Source: Haloferax volcanii DS2 (lineage in GTDB: Archaea; Halobacteriota; Halobacteria; Halobacteriales; Haloferacaceae). Taken from it: DNA of 32,000 nt. Both the position numbers and the translations under genes were made by a program. Below, in pieces: positions 15,149-24,787 of the stretch. The stretch is taken from positions 240,001 through 272,000 of the forward strand of contig NC_013964.1 of NCBI RefSeq assembly GCF_000025685.1, written 5' to 3'. The notes beneath the pieces were generated by a model. That model had not been told where the DNA came from. It did not search any database and saw only the letters and a list, made by a program, of their open reading frames with translations. How positions within the stretch are numbered: the stretch's first letter is position 1; the number at the start of each line of letters is the position of its first letter.

Positions 15149-16360
15149 ATGAGCGTCGTCATCGTCGGCACGCTCGACACCAAAGGCGAGGAAATCGGGT
15201 TCGCCCGCGACGTGCTCGAAGAACAGGGGGTCGAAGTCCACCTCGTCGACGTGGGCGTGCTGGGCGAGCCGGAAATCGAACCGGACACCGACGCCGCGGC
15301 CGTCGCCGAGGCGGGCGGGAGCACCCTCGAAACGCTTCGGGAGGCCGGCGACCGCGGCAAGGCCATCGAAATCATGGGCGACGGTGCCGCCGTCGTCGTG
15401 TCCCGACTCCACAGCGAGGGCCGACTCGACGGCATCCTCGGGCTGGGCGGCGGGGGGAACACGTCGGTCGCGACGGCCGCGATGCGCGCGCTGCCGATGG
15501 GCGTTCCCAAACTGATGCTGTCGACGATGGCGTCGGGCGACACGGAGCCGTACATCGGCTACCACGACATCGCCATGATGTACTCCGTCGCGGACATCGA
15601 GGGCCTCAATCAGCTCTCGCGGACCGTCATCTCCAACGCGGCGCTCGCGATGGTCGGCATGGTGTCGAACGAACCGGACGTGGAGACCGAGGAGAAGCCC
15701 ACCATCGGCATCACGATGTTCGGCGTCACCACGCCGTGCGTCCAGAGGGCGCGCGACTGGCTCGAAGCGCGCGGCTACGAGACCATCGTCTTCCACGCGA
15801 CCGGGACCGGCGGCCGGGCGATGGAGTCACTCATCGAGGAGGGCGTCATCGACGGCGTGCTCGACGTCACGACGACCGAGTGGGCCGACGAACTGGTCGG
15901 CGGCGTCCTCGCGGCGGGGCCCGGCCGACTCGACGCCGCGGCCGAACGCGGCATCCCGCAGGTCGTCTCGACCGGCGCGCTCGACATGGTCAACTTCGGG
16001 CCGAAAGACTCCATCTCAGACGAGTTCGACGGTCGGCAGTTCCACGTCCACAATCCGCAAGTGACGCTGATGCGGACGACGCCCGAGGAGAACGCCGAAC
16101 TCGGCCGCATCATCGCGGAGAAACTCAACGCCGCGACCGGGCCGACCACGCTCGCGCTCCCGCTCGGCGGCGTCTCGATGCTCGACGCGGAGGGCGAGGC
16201 GTTCTACGACCCCGAGGCCGACGACGCGCTGTTCGACGCGCTCCGCGAACACCTCGACGACGACGTCGAACTCATCCAATCGCCGGCGAACATCAACGAC
16301 GACGAGTTCGCGCTCACCCTCGCGGAAGCTATCGACCGCCGGATGCGGGCGGCGGCGTGA
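15149..16360 (+). CDS. UPF0261 / Tm-1-like ATP-binding domain protein
   Basis: MSVVIVGTLDTKGEEIGFARDVLEEQGVEVHLVDVGVLG...GILGLGGGGNTSVATAAMRALPMGVPKLMLSTMASGD is the family signature as I recall it (N-terminal half of tomato Tm-1). The track ORF 12782-16360 is a read-through of antisense sequence. The in-frame ATG at 15149 starts the recognisable protein (403 aa). Confidence 0.85.
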   Translation: MSVVIVGTLDTKGEEIGFARDVLEEQGVEVHLVDVGVLGEPEIEPDTDAAAVAEAGGSTLETLREAGDRGKAIEIMGDGAAVVVSRLHSEGRLDGILGLGGGGNTSVATAAMRALPMGVPKLMLSTMASGDTEPYIGYHDIAMMYSVADIEGLNQLSRTVISNAALAMVGMVSNEPDVETEEKPTIGITMFGVTTPCVQRARDWLEARGYETIVFHATGTGGRAMESLIEEGVIDGVLDVTTTEWADELVGGVLAAGPGRLDAAAERGIPQVVSTGALDMVNFGPKDSISDEFDGRQFHVHNPQVTLMRTTPEENAELGRIIAEKLNAATGPTTLALPLGGVSMLDAEGEAFYDPEADDALFDALREHLDDDVELIQSPANINDDEFALTLAEAIDRRMRAAA

Positions 16361-16540
16361 GACGACCGACATCGACGTGAGGCCGCCTCCGACGACCCAA
16401 TAGCTCCACCGAGACGGCCGCGTGTCGCCCCGCGAGCAGCGACGCTCGAAACACCGACCGGCGGAATTTCCCGCTCGCAGTCGGTCGTTCGACCTGTTTT
16501 CTACCTGTATAATCACAAAGTTTAACTATATCATGACACC

Positions 16541-17998
16541 ATGTCACTACCAGCGTTCCGAAGAAACATGACTGATCAACCAGCGCTAACTGACGAATCC
16601 AGGCGACGCTATCTGAAAGCAATCGGGACGGCCGGACTCACCGCCGGTCTCGCGGGCTGTTCCGGCGGGGGCGGCGGTAACGGCGGCGGCGGTGACGGCG
16701 GCGGAGATTCTGACGGCGAGAACAACGCCGGGGGCGGCGGGGGTGACGACTCCTCCGGCGGCGGCGAAGACTACGAGGCAATCGGGAACTTCCCGCCCGA
16801 GGGGAACTCCGTGAGCATCGGTTTCAACGGGCCGACCTCCGGCGCGTTGGGTCCCGACGGCCAAGACCAGGAGAAGGGCTTCGACCTCGCGGTGAAGCAC
16901 CTGAACGAGGGCGGCGGCCTCGTCGACTACTGGGACCGACTGAGCGGCGACGGCATCATGGGCTACCAGGTCGAGCCGACGAAGGCCGACACCGCCGGGA
17001 GCGCCGACACGGCACAGGACAACATCGAGCGGATGATTCAGCGGGACAACATCCAGTTCTGGACGGGCGGCATGTCCAGTACGGTGACGATGGCGATGCA
17101 GAACGTCGCCCAGCGAGAGAAAGTTCCGTTCATGGGTGGGAACTCAACGTCCGCCGGCATCTCCGGGGAGAACTGCTCGCGATACTACTTCCACCCGACG
17201 TTCCACGCGGAGATTATCGGGATGGCGATGGGCGAGGCCGCGCCCTCGGTCCTCGGTGAGGACCGCTCGCTGTTCCACATCTACATGGACTACTCCTACG
17301 GGCAGTCGAACCGCGACGCCGCCCGCAAGTACCTCACCGAGCAGGGGCCGTGGGAGGACGCCGGCGGTGCCGCCATCGCGGAGGGCGAGACCGACCACAG
17401 CTTCCAGATTCAGGCGCTCGAAGACTCCGGTGCCGACACGCTGTACTTCTCCAGCTTCGGCAACTTCGCCGCCAGCGGCCTCGCGCAACTGCGAGACGCC
17501 GGCCTGACCGACGACATCGACGTCATCATCCCGCACGTCAGCGCGTTCACCCTCGACCCGCTCGGCGCGGACGCCGAGGGCGTCCTCGGCATGGAGCCGT
17601 GGAACCCGAACGCCGACAACGAGGCGAGCCAAGCGTTCGTCGAGTCCTACCAGGCGGAGTACGACGAGACGCCGAATCAGAGTTCGCTGCACACCTACGA
17701 GTCGATGATGGTGTACGCCGCCGCCGTCGAGGAGGCCGGCACGTTCCACCCGCCGACCGTGGTCCGAACGCTCGAAGACTTCGAGTGGAGCCTCGCGTGG
17801 GGCGACTCCGCGTTCCGGACGTGCGACCACCAGGTCGAACGCCCGTGGTACATGGTGCAGGGCGTCGGCGACGACCGCGCCGAGGAACTCGGCATCCGGA
17901 CCGAAATCGTCGAGACGACCGACCCGCTCGTCTACGAGTGCAGCGAGTTCCCGGCGTCCAACTGCGCCATGGGCGACAACGAGTACGGAGACGAGTGA
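16541..17998 (+). CDS. livJ: ABC transporter substrate-binding lipoprotein, Leu/Ile/Val-binding (type 1 periplasmic binding protein) family, Tat signal plus lipobox
   Basis: RRRYLKAIGTAGLTAGLAGC gives a twin-arginine motif plus lipobox Cys, followed by a Gly/Asp linker and then a PBP1-like body. It is the first gene of a livHMGF-type operon. An alternative start at M10 (16568) is possible. The substrate is unknown; the symbol is family-level only. Confidence 0.8.
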   Translation: MSLPAFRRNMTDQPALTDESRRRYLKAIGTAGLTAGLAGCSGGGGGNGGGGDGGGDSDGENNAGGGGGDDSSGGGEDYEAIGNFPPEGNSVSIGFNGPTSGALGPDGQDQEKGFDLAVKHLNEGGGLVDYWDRLSGDGIMGYQVEPTKADTAGSADTAQDNIERMIQRDNIQFWTGGMSSTVTMAMQNVAQREKVPFMGGNSTSAGISGENCSRYYFHPTFHAEIIGMAMGEAAPSVLGEDRSLFHIYMDYSYGQSNRDAARKYLTEQGPWEDAGGAAIAEGETDHSFQIQALEDSGADTLYFSSFGNFAASGLAQLRDAGLTDDIDVIIPHVSAFTLDPLGADAEGVLGMEPWNPNADNEASQAFVESYQAEYDETPNQSSLHTYESMMVYAAAVEEAGTFHPPTVVRTLEDFEWSLAWGDSAFRTCDHQVERPWYMVQGVGDDRAEELGIRTEIVETTDPLVYECSEFPASNCAMGDNEYGDE

Positions 17999-18280
17999 CA
18001 GCCTGACAGCGCCTCGATACGAATACAACGTACCAACTCCATTTTGGGCAGTCGAGGCTCCCTCCGCGGTCAGTTCACCCGCGTTCGACTGCTCGAACGC
18101 CGCTTTTTCTCGGTCGCACGGACCTCGCGTTGACGCCCGGAGACGACCCGCGCCGCACCCGGAGAGCGGGCCGCTGCCGTGTCAAAAGTCAGCGAAACGC
18201 AAGATTAACATACTGAAGAATTCATGGATAATCGTGCACACCATGAACTGCTTACTCACAGCTGTACCGAGGTGGCTGCG

Positions 18281-19222
18281 ATGAACGTCGACGGCGTCGT
18301 CGGATTCCTCTTCATCGCGCTGAGCGTCGCGTCGCTGTATCTGCTCGTCGCGGTCGGACTGTCTATCGTGTTCGGGTCGCTCAAGTACGTGAACATGGCC
18401 CACGGCGTCCTCTACCTGAGCGGCGCGTACATCGGCCTACTCATCGCGTCGAGCGAACAGTACGGCGGGCTGTTGAGCGACTTCGGGCAGGTCGGCCTCG
18501 ACTGGGGGTTCGTCCCCGCGCTCGTGTTGACGCCGGTGGTCATCTTCGTCGTCGGCGTCGCGATGGAGCGCTGGATTGCGAAACCGTTCTACGAACGAGA
18601 ACTCCTCGACCAACTGCTCGTCACGTTCGGCATCCTCATCGCCGCCCAAGAGCTGGTCGCCATCCTCTTCGGCCGAACGGGGACCATCTACCCGCGCCCG
18701 GAGTGGCTCACGGGCGCGATATCCCTTCCCGTCATCGGAACGCCGCCGGGGATGAGCGCGGCTTCGACGATACGCGTCCTCGTCGTCGCGCTCACGCTGT
18801 TGCTCGTCGCCGGTATCTTCGCGTTCTTCAAGTACACCGATTACGGCCTCGCCGTCCGGGCGGGGACCGAAGACTCCGAGATGACGCAGATGCTCGGCAT
18901 CCGTATCGGGCGGCCGTTCCTCCTGATATTCGCCGTCGGAGCCGCGTACGCCGGGCTCGCGGGCGTTCTCGGCGGGTCGCTTTTCAACGTGACCTCCGAA
19001 ATCGGCATGGAGATAATCATCCCGTCGCTGGTCATCGTCATCATGGGCGGCGTCGGCAGTTTGCGCGGGACCGTCGTCGGCGCGCTCCTCGCCGGGCTCA
19101 CCTTCGCGGTGGCGACGGAACTCGAACCGAGCATGACGCAGGCCAGCATCTACCTGCTCGCCATCGTGGTGCTGACGATTAGGCCGAGCGGTATCTTCCC
19201 CTCGGCGGAGATCGGACAATGA
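18281..19222 (+). CDS. livH: Branched-chain-amino-acid-type ABC transporter permease (LivH family)
   Basis: Polytopic membrane protein; MNVDGVVGFLFIALSVASLYLLVAVGLSIVFG is a typical LivH N-terminus. I prefer the ATG at 18281, which has GAGGTG (18269-18274) about 6 nt upstream, over the track start at 18224. Confidence 0.85.
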   Translation: MNVDGVVGFLFIALSVASLYLLVAVGLSIVFGSLKYVNMAHGVLYLSGAYIGLLIASSEQYGGLLSDFGQVGLDWGFVPALVLTPVVIFVVGVAMERWIAKPFYERELLDQLLVTFGILIAAQELVAILFGRTGTIYPRPEWLTGAISLPVIGTPPGMSAASTIRVLVVALTLLLVAGIFAFFKYTDYGLAVRAGTEDSEMTQMLGIRIGRPFLLIFAVGAAYAGLAGVLGGSLFNVTSEIGMEIIIPSLVIVIMGGVGSLRGTVVGALLAGLTFAVATELEPSMTQASIYLLAIVVLTIRPSGIFPSAEIGQ

Positions 19223-20373
19223 GCACGGACAACATCCACAAGACCGTAGCCGAAGCATCGTCGTTGATTAGCTGGGACACCTGGGACCGAATCAAACACA
19301 CCGAGTCGTTCGTCCTCCTGTCGTCGGTGCTTTTCGTCCTCCTGTTCTCGTACGCATTCGGCCGCGCGCCGGTCGTCTCGGACGTCTTCCAGGGCTATCA
19401 CGGGCTGGCGATTACCATCCTCATCTGGTCGATATTCGCGCTCGGATTCAACCTCCTTTTGGGACAGACCGGCCTCCTCTCGTTCGGCCACGCCATGTTC
19501 TTCGGGACCGCGAGCTACGCCGCGGCGCTGTTTGCGATTCACGTGTACAACGACCCGCTGGCGGTCATCGTCGTCGGGACGCTGGCCGCGGTCGCCCTCG
19601 GGGCGGTCGCGGCGCTGATTCTCCTGCGCCTCCACACGGTGTACTTCTCCATCGTGGCGCTCGCCATCGGGCAGTTCCTCTACTTCCTCGCCCGCGAGCC
19701 GCTCGTGGAAATCACGAAGGGGATAAACGGCCTCGAAGTGCCGCGGTCGGACGTTCTCGGGGTCTTCGAGCTGGAACACCAGTACGGCGGCCTCCTCGGG
19801 GAACTCGTCGTGAACAACCTCTATCTCTTCGTCGGCGTCTTCTTCGTCGCCGTCGTCGCCTCCATCACGCGCATCCGCAAGTCGCCCTACGGGCTCATCT
19901 TCAAGGCGATTCGCGAGAACGAGACGCGGACGGCGTTCGTCGGTCTCGACGTCTGGCGCTACAAGTTCGCGGCGTTTCTCCTCTCTGCGGCCATCGTCGG
20001 CCTCGCCGGCGGACTGATGGCCGTCAACACCCAGTTCGCGGGCGTCGAGCGCCTCTACTGGTCCGTCAGCGGCGACGTGGTCGTCATGACCGTCCTCGGC
20101 GGCCTCGGGACGCTCGCCGGCCCGGTCATCGGGACGTTCGTGTTCTTCTACTTCAAGGGCATCGTCAACGGCTTCCCGACGCTCGGCAACTACTGGCTGC
20201 TCCTGCTGTCGCTTTCCTTTACCACGGTCGTGTGGGTCTACCGCGACGGCATCTGGGGGATGATTACCGCGCTCACCGGCGCGCTCCGCGACCCCCGAGA
20301 GCTGGTCGCCGCGATCACGGCCCGAGTCACGGGCGGCGACTCGACCGGCGACGCCCCGGGAGGTGAGGACTGA
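19219..20373 (+). CDS. livM: Branched-chain-amino-acid-type ABC transporter permease (LivM family)
   Basis: Polytopic membrane protein with LGQTGLLSFGHAMFFG (LivM signature). ATGA overlap with the livH stop. Confidence 0.85.
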   Translation: MSTDNIHKTVAEASSLISWDTWDRIKHTESFVLLSSVLFVLLFSYAFGRAPVVSDVFQGYHGLAITILIWSIFALGFNLLLGQTGLLSFGHAMFFGTASYAAALFAIHVYNDPLAVIVVGTLAAVALGAVAALILLRLHTVYFSIVALAIGQFLYFLAREPLVEITKGINGLEVPRSDVLGVFELEHQYGGLLGELVVNNLYLFVGVFFVAVVASITRIRKSPYGLIFKAIRENETRTAFVGLDVWRYKFAAFLLSAAIVGLAGGLMAVNTQFAGVERLYWSVSGDVVVMTVLGGLGTLAGPVIGTFVFFYFKGIVNGFPTLGNYWLLLLSLSFTTVVWVYRDGIWGMITALTGALRDPRELVAAITARVTGGDSTGDAPGGED

Positions 20374-21131
20374 TGGCGCTGCTCGAAACCCGCGGACTCA
20401 CCAAGGAGTTCGGCGGGCTCACGGCGCTCGACGACGTCGACATCGACGTCGAAGAAGGCGAACTCGTCTCGCTCATCGGCCCCAACGGAGCGGGTAAATC
20501 CACGCTCATCAACACGATTACCGGACGCCTGCCCCCGACCGAGGGCCAAGTGTCCTACGCCGGCACCGAGCTCGTCGGGATGAAACCGTTCGAAATCGCA
20601 CAGCTCGGGGTCGGCCGGTCGTTCCAGACCGCGTCGATTCTCCCCGAACTCACGGTACGCGAGAACGTGCAGGTCGCGTCGTTCGCGGCCGAACACGGCT
20701 CCTTTCGGGTCAACTTCTTCCGCCGACGGGACTCCTTCGACGAGGTCCAATCGCGAACGAACGACATCCTCGACACCATCGGCCTCGACTCGAAGGCCCG
20801 GATGGAAGCCGGCTCGCTCCCGTACGGCGACAAGCGGCGCTTGGAGGTCGCCATCGGGCTGGCGACCGACCCCGACCTGCTGTTCATGGACGAGCCGACC
20901 GCCGGCATGTCCCCGACGGAGACGCAGATGACGGTGAACCTCATCCACGACCTGCTGGCCGACTGGGGGATGACCATCTTCCTCGTCGAACACGACATGG
21001 ACATCGTCTTCGACGTGTCCGACCGCATCTTCACGCTCCACCAAGGACGGCTCATCGCGCAGGGGACTCCCGAGGAGATTCGGGAGAATCCGGCCGTCCG
21101 CGAGGCCTACCTCGGAGGTGGGGAGCAATGA
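20373..21131 (+). CDS. livG: ABC transporter ATP-binding protein (LivG family)
   Basis: Walker A GPNGAGKST, LivG-type LPYGDKRRLE in the signature position, Walker B LLFMDEP. TGATG overlap with the livM stop and GGAGGTGA upstream. Confidence 0.9.
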   Translation: MALLETRGLTKEFGGLTALDDVDIDVEEGELVSLIGPNGAGKSTLINTITGRLPPTEGQVSYAGTELVGMKPFEIAQLGVGRSFQTASILPELTVRENVQVASFAAEHGSFRVNFFRRRDSFDEVQSRTNDILDTIGLDSKARMEAGSLPYGDKRRLEVAIGLATDPDLLFMDEPTAGMSPTETQMTVNLIHDLLADWGMTIFLVEHDMDIVFDVSDRIFTLHQGRLIAQGTPEEIRENPAVREAYLGGGEQ

Positions 21132-21871
21132 GCCTGCTCGAACTGGACGGCGTGCACGCCTACTACGGGCCGAGCCACATTCTCCGCGGCGTCTCGTTCG
21201 ATATCGACGAGGGCGAGGTCGTCACGCTCCTCGGCCGCAACGGCGCGGGGAAGACGACGACGGTCCGCAGCATCGCCGGGACCGAACCGCCGGCGATTCG
21301 GTCAGGGTCGATTCGGTTCGACGGCGACGACATCACGGACTGGCCGGCCGACAACATCGCCATGGGCGGCATCGGCGTCGTCCCCGAGGGGCGGCGGCTG
21401 TTCACCGAACTGACGGTCGAGGAGAACCTCGAAATGTCGAAAATCACGCGCGGCTGGTGGAACACCATCCGCCGGGGCGGCCTCGGCGGCGGCGAGAGCA
21501 CGATGTCGATAGACGAGTTGTACGACCTGTTCCCGCGACTCGACGAGCGGCGCACCCAACAGGCGGGGACGCTCTCGGGCGGCGAACAGCAGATGCTCTC
21601 CATCGCGCGGACGCTCAGGCTGCCGAACCTGAAACTGCTGTTGCTGGACGAGCCGACCGAGGGACTGGCCCCGCAAATCGTCAAGGCGGTGGGCGACTCC
21701 ATCACGGAGATTGCCGACCAAGGGCTGACGGTGCTTCTCATCGAGCAGAACGTCCGCGAGGCGCTCCGCATCGCGGACCGCGGCTACGTGCTCGATCAGG
21801 GCGACATCGTCTACGGAGGCACCGTGGACGAACTCGAATCCGAAGACCTCGACGAGTACCTCGTCGTCTGA
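21128..21871 (+). CDS. livF: ABC transporter ATP-binding protein (LivF family)
   Basis: Walker A GRNGAGKTT, signature LSGGEQQML, Walker B LLLLDEP. ATGA overlap with the livG stop and GGAGGTG upstream. Confidence 0.9.
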   Translation: MSLLELDGVHAYYGPSHILRGVSFDIDEGEVVTLLGRNGAGKTTTVRSIAGTEPPAIRSGSIRFDGDDITDWPADNIAMGGIGVVPEGRRLFTELTVEENLEMSKITRGWWNTIRRGGLGGGESTMSIDELYDLFPRLDERRTQQAGTLSGGEQQMLSIARTLRLPNLKLLLLDEPTEGLAPQIVKAVGDSITEIADQGLTVLLIEQNVREALRIADRGYVLDQGDIVYGGTVDELESEDLDEYLVV

Positions 21872-22027
21872 CCGCGCCGGCCTCGCGCTCCTCGGCGCGA
21901 CCGACCGCGCTCCGTTCTATCCCACCTCGATTCCGTTTCGGCCCGTTCTCGTTCCGACACCTACCTCGGCCTCAGTCTCGAATTTCGAAGTCGGAACCCA
22001 ACCCGCAGCCGCCATCAATCAGTCGAC

Positions 22028-22037
22028 AATATTATTT
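22028..22037 (+). promoter_or_regulatory. TATA-like box for the PQQ-like propeller gene
   Basis: aatattattt is centred about 29 nt upstream of the ATG at 22061, which fits a leaderless transcript. Confidence 0.45.
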
Positions 22038-22060
22038 CGTGACACTCGAACACACGGGAC

Positions 22061-23320
22061 ATGAAACGGACCAATCGACGACGGTTTCTCGCCGCGTTCT
22101 CCTCGTCGGCGTTCGCGTTCACCGCGGGATGTCAACGCCCGGTGGCGTCCGCGTCCGAGCGCCACCCCGTGTCCGAGCCCGTCACCTCGTGGCCGACGTT
22201 CCGCGGAGGGCGCTACAACACCGGCTACATCGGCGACGTGTCACCCCTCGATTCGGAGCCCTCGGTAGAGTGGACGTTCGAGGCGGGCGACGCGTTCTGG
22301 GGGAGCCCAATCGTCGCCGACGGCACCGTCTACATCGGGAGCGCTGACAGCGCGCTGTACGCGCTCGACGCCGAGACCGGCGAGGAGCGCTGGTCGTTCG
22401 AGGCCGGACACCGAATCGAGGGGACGCCGGCCTACGCCGACGGCGTCGTCTACGTCGGGTCGTACGACAAACATCTGTACGCGCTCGACGCCGGGACCGG
22501 CGAGGAGCGCTGGTCCCGTGGGTTCGGCGGCCTGATTCGGGGGAGCCCGACGGTCTGGGACGGCACGGTCTACACCGGCGTCGGGTGTCACAACCTCGCG
22601 TGCGCGTGGTACGCCGAGGAGGCCAACGTCTCGGAGACCGGCTGGGTGTACGCCCTCGACGCCGAGACGGGGGAGACGGAGTGGCGGTACGAAGTCGGTG
22701 ACGAGGTCGTCAGCACGCCGGCCGTTACGAACAACCGCGTGTACGTCGGCACCTCCGACGAGGCGCTGTACGCGCTGTCGCGGTCGACCGGCGAGGTCGA
22801 GTGGACCTACGAGACCCGCGACATGATATGGTCGAGTCCGGCGGTCGCCTACGGCTCCGTCTACTTCACCGACTGGAACGGGAACGTCCACGCCGCCGAC
22901 GCGGCGACGGGCGAACAGGAGTGGCTCGCGGACACGGCGGGCCGGTACATCTCGGGGTCAGTCGCCGTCGGCGAGGAGGCCGTCTACGTCGGTCACACGC
23001 CGTACAACACGCTCGACGACCCGACGATCAACCACGCGAAGGTGTTCCGCTTCGACCGCGAGAGCGGCGCTGAGAACTGGAGCTTCGAGACGCCGGCGCT
23101 GGAAGTCGGGAGCAGTCCCGTCCTGACTGAAGACGTGCTCTACGTCGGAACGCACCGGCAGTCAGACGGCGACGGCGTCGGCGTCCACGCCATCACGACG
23201 GACGGGCAAGAAGAGTGGTTCATGGAAATCGACGGGCGCGGCGTCGGGTCGAGTCCGGCGCTCGTCGACGGGCGACTGTACTTCGGCGGGACGGACGCGA
23301 AGGTGTACGCAGTCGAGTAG
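22061..23320 (+). CDS. PQQ-like (BamB-type) beta-propeller repeat lipoprotein, Tat signal plus lipobox
   Basis: NRRRFLAAFSSSAFAFTAGC (Tat plus lipobox). Repeated blades of the form G.VY(V/I)G(S/T).D..LYALDA.TGEE.W. Confidence 0.85.
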   Translation: MKRTNRRRFLAAFSSSAFAFTAGCQRPVASASERHPVSEPVTSWPTFRGGRYNTGYIGDVSPLDSEPSVEWTFEAGDAFWGSPIVADGTVYIGSADSALYALDAETGEERWSFEAGHRIEGTPAYADGVVYVGSYDKHLYALDAGTGEERWSRGFGGLIRGSPTVWDGTVYTGVGCHNLACAWYAEEANVSETGWVYALDAETGETEWRYEVGDEVVSTPAVTNNRVYVGTSDEALYALSRSTGEVEWTYETRDMIWSSPAVAYGSVYFTDWNGNVHAADAATGEQEWLADTAGRYISGSVAVGEEAVYVGHTPYNTLDDPTINHAKVFRFDRESGAENWSFETPALEVGSSPVLTEDVLYVGTHRQSDGDGVGVHAITTDGQEEWFMEIDGRGVGSSPALVDGRLYFGGTDAKVYAVE

Positions 23321-23383
23321 CTTGGCGGCGCGGGACAGCCCTCACGACGGCCCGTATTCGGTAGCTGTGGCTTGGAGACCCCT

Positions 23384-24217
23384 CTAGAACTCGATTTCCT
23401 TGAACTCGCGCGCCTGATTCTCGATGGCTTCCTCGGTGGCGAGGCGCTCGATGCTCGACGCGCCGAAGAAGCCGACGACGCCCTCGGTGTTGTTGAGGAC
23501 GTACGCCGCGTCGTCGGGCCACGCGATGGGGCCGCCGTGGCAGATGACGTGTACGTCGTCGCGGACCGCCTTGGCGGCGTCGTGGTGCGCCTGCACGCGC
23601 TCGGCCGCGTCGTCGAGGTCGAGCGCCGTCTCCGCGCCGATGTCGCCCGAAGTCGTCAGCCCCATGTGCGAGACGATGACGTCCGCGCCGGCCTCGGTCA
23701 TCGCCGCGGCCTGTTCTTCGGTGAAGACGTACGGGCACGTCAGCATCCCCTGCTCGCTCGCCTCGCGAATCATCTCGACTTCCTTGTCGTAGCCCATTCC
23801 GGTCTCCTCGAGGTTCTTCCGGTAGCTGCTGTCCTCGTCGATGAGTCCGACCGTCGGGAAGTTTTGGACGCCCGAGAAGCCGCGGCGACGCAGGTCTTCG
23901 ATGAACACGCTCATGTCGCGGAAGGGGTCGGTGCCGTTGACGCCGGCGAGCACCGGCGTGTCCTCGACGACCGGAATGACCTCGTGACCCATCTCGACCA
24001 CGATTTCGTTGGCGTCGCCGTACGGCAGGAGGCCGGCGAGGGAGCCGCGACCGTTCATCCGGTAGCGACCCGAGTTGTAGATGATGAGGAGGTCGACGCC
24101 GCCGCGCTCCGCGAACTTGGCGGAGATGCCGGTACCGGCACCGGCACCGATGACCGGGTCACCGGCTTCAATCGTGGCTTCGATACGGTCGAGTGATTCA
24201 GCGCGTGTATACTTCAT
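23384..24217 (-). CDS. Phosphoenolpyruvate-hydrolase-like TIM-barrel protein (TIM-barrel signal transduction protein family; C-terminal half of Tm-1-type proteins)
   Basis: MKYTRAESLDRIEATIEAGDPVIGAGAGTGISAKFAERGGVDLLIIYNSGRYRMNGRGSLAGLLPYGDAN is the family N-terminus as I recall it. 277 aa. ATG checked. The AT-rich box tttaatattt (24245-24254) lies about 30 nt upstream. Confidence 0.82.
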   Translation of the reverse strand: MKYTRAESLDRIEATIEAGDPVIGAGAGTGISAKFAERGGVDLLIIYNSGRYRMNGRGSLAGLLPYGDANEIVVEMGHEVIPVVEDTPVLAGVNGTDPFRDMSVFIEDLRRRGFSGVQNFPTVGLIDEDSSYRKNLEETGMGYDKEVEMIREASEQGMLTCPYVFTEEQAAAMTEAGADVIVSHMGLTTSGDIGAETALDLDDAAERVQAHHDAAKAVRDDVHVICHGGPIAWPDDAAYVLNNTEGVVGFFGASSIERLATEEAIENQAREFKEIEF

Positions 24218-24337
24218 CCGGGTTGACAGGCCATCGCGTGCGACTTTAATATTTCGGAAGAATCGACCGGCAGCCGAATGTCCGGCGAGCGACCCGGCCG
24301 CGACGAAGTTCGGTACGAGGGCGCTCGACCGCGCGAA

Positions 24338-24748
24338 TCAGTTGCCCGGGAACTCGCCGGGCGGGAAGACCGTCGCGTCGTCGTCCGCGCGGATTTCGGC
24401 TTCCGGGCCGGGCGGGCAGTAGACCGCGAGGAACCGAAGCGGCTCCCACGAGGTGTTGATAGTGCTGTGTTCGACGCCGCTCGGGATGTGAACCATGTCG
24501 CCCGCGCCGACCGTCCGGGTCTCGTCTTCGATGGTCTGTTCGCCCTCGCCGCCGAGGAAGTACAGTATCTCCTCGCTGTCGGGATGGGTGTGTCGCTCGT
24601 GGCCCTTCCCGGGTTCGAGCAACACGACGCCGGCGCTGAACCCCTCGGAGCCGGTGACCTCGGGGGCGTTCATCCACTTCAGCGTGCCCCAGTCTAATCG
24701 AATCGTCTCCACGTCGTCCGGCTGGACGAACCGCTTTTCGGATACCAT
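24338..24748 (-). CDS. Cupin-domain protein
   Basis: Cupin motif 1 GKGHERHTHPDSEEILYFLGGEG and motif 2 GDMVHIPSGVEHSTIN. The track start at 24763 is TTG. I prefer the ATG at 24748 (MVSEKRF..., 136 aa), which lies about 31 nt downstream of the centre of an AT-rich box. Confidence 0.85.
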   Translation of the reverse strand: MVSEKRFVQPDDVETIRLDWGTLKWMNAPEVTGSEGFSAGVVLLEPGKGHERHTHPDSEEILYFLGGEGEQTIEDETRTVGAGDMVHIPSGVEHSTINTSWEPLRFLAVYCPPGPEAEIRADDDATVFPPGEFPGN

Positions 24749-24770
24749 GACGTGCTGAGTCAAACAGTAT

Positions 24771-24787
24771 CAATTATTAAATATTTT
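24771..24787 (-). promoter_or_regulatory. TATA-like box for the cupin gene
   Basis: caattattaaatatttt (minus strand aaaatatttaataattg) is centred about 31 nt upstream of the ATG at 24748. Confidence 0.45.

Noticed and set aside
12782-16360. 1192-aa plus-strand ORF
   Set aside because: It is chimeric. The first ~790 codons are antisense or intergenic read-through (Arg/Val/Gly-rich, opposite the giant gene). Only the part from the in-frame ATG at 15149 is a recognisable UPF0261 protein.
21437-21517. About 11-aa longer Gly/Arg-rich segment (KITRGWWNTIRRGGLGGGESTMSIDE) in the LivF-type ATPase, compared with my recollection of E. coli LivF
   Set aside because: It falls in a variable surface loop between conserved motifs. 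All catalytic motifs are intact, so it is ordinary family variation.
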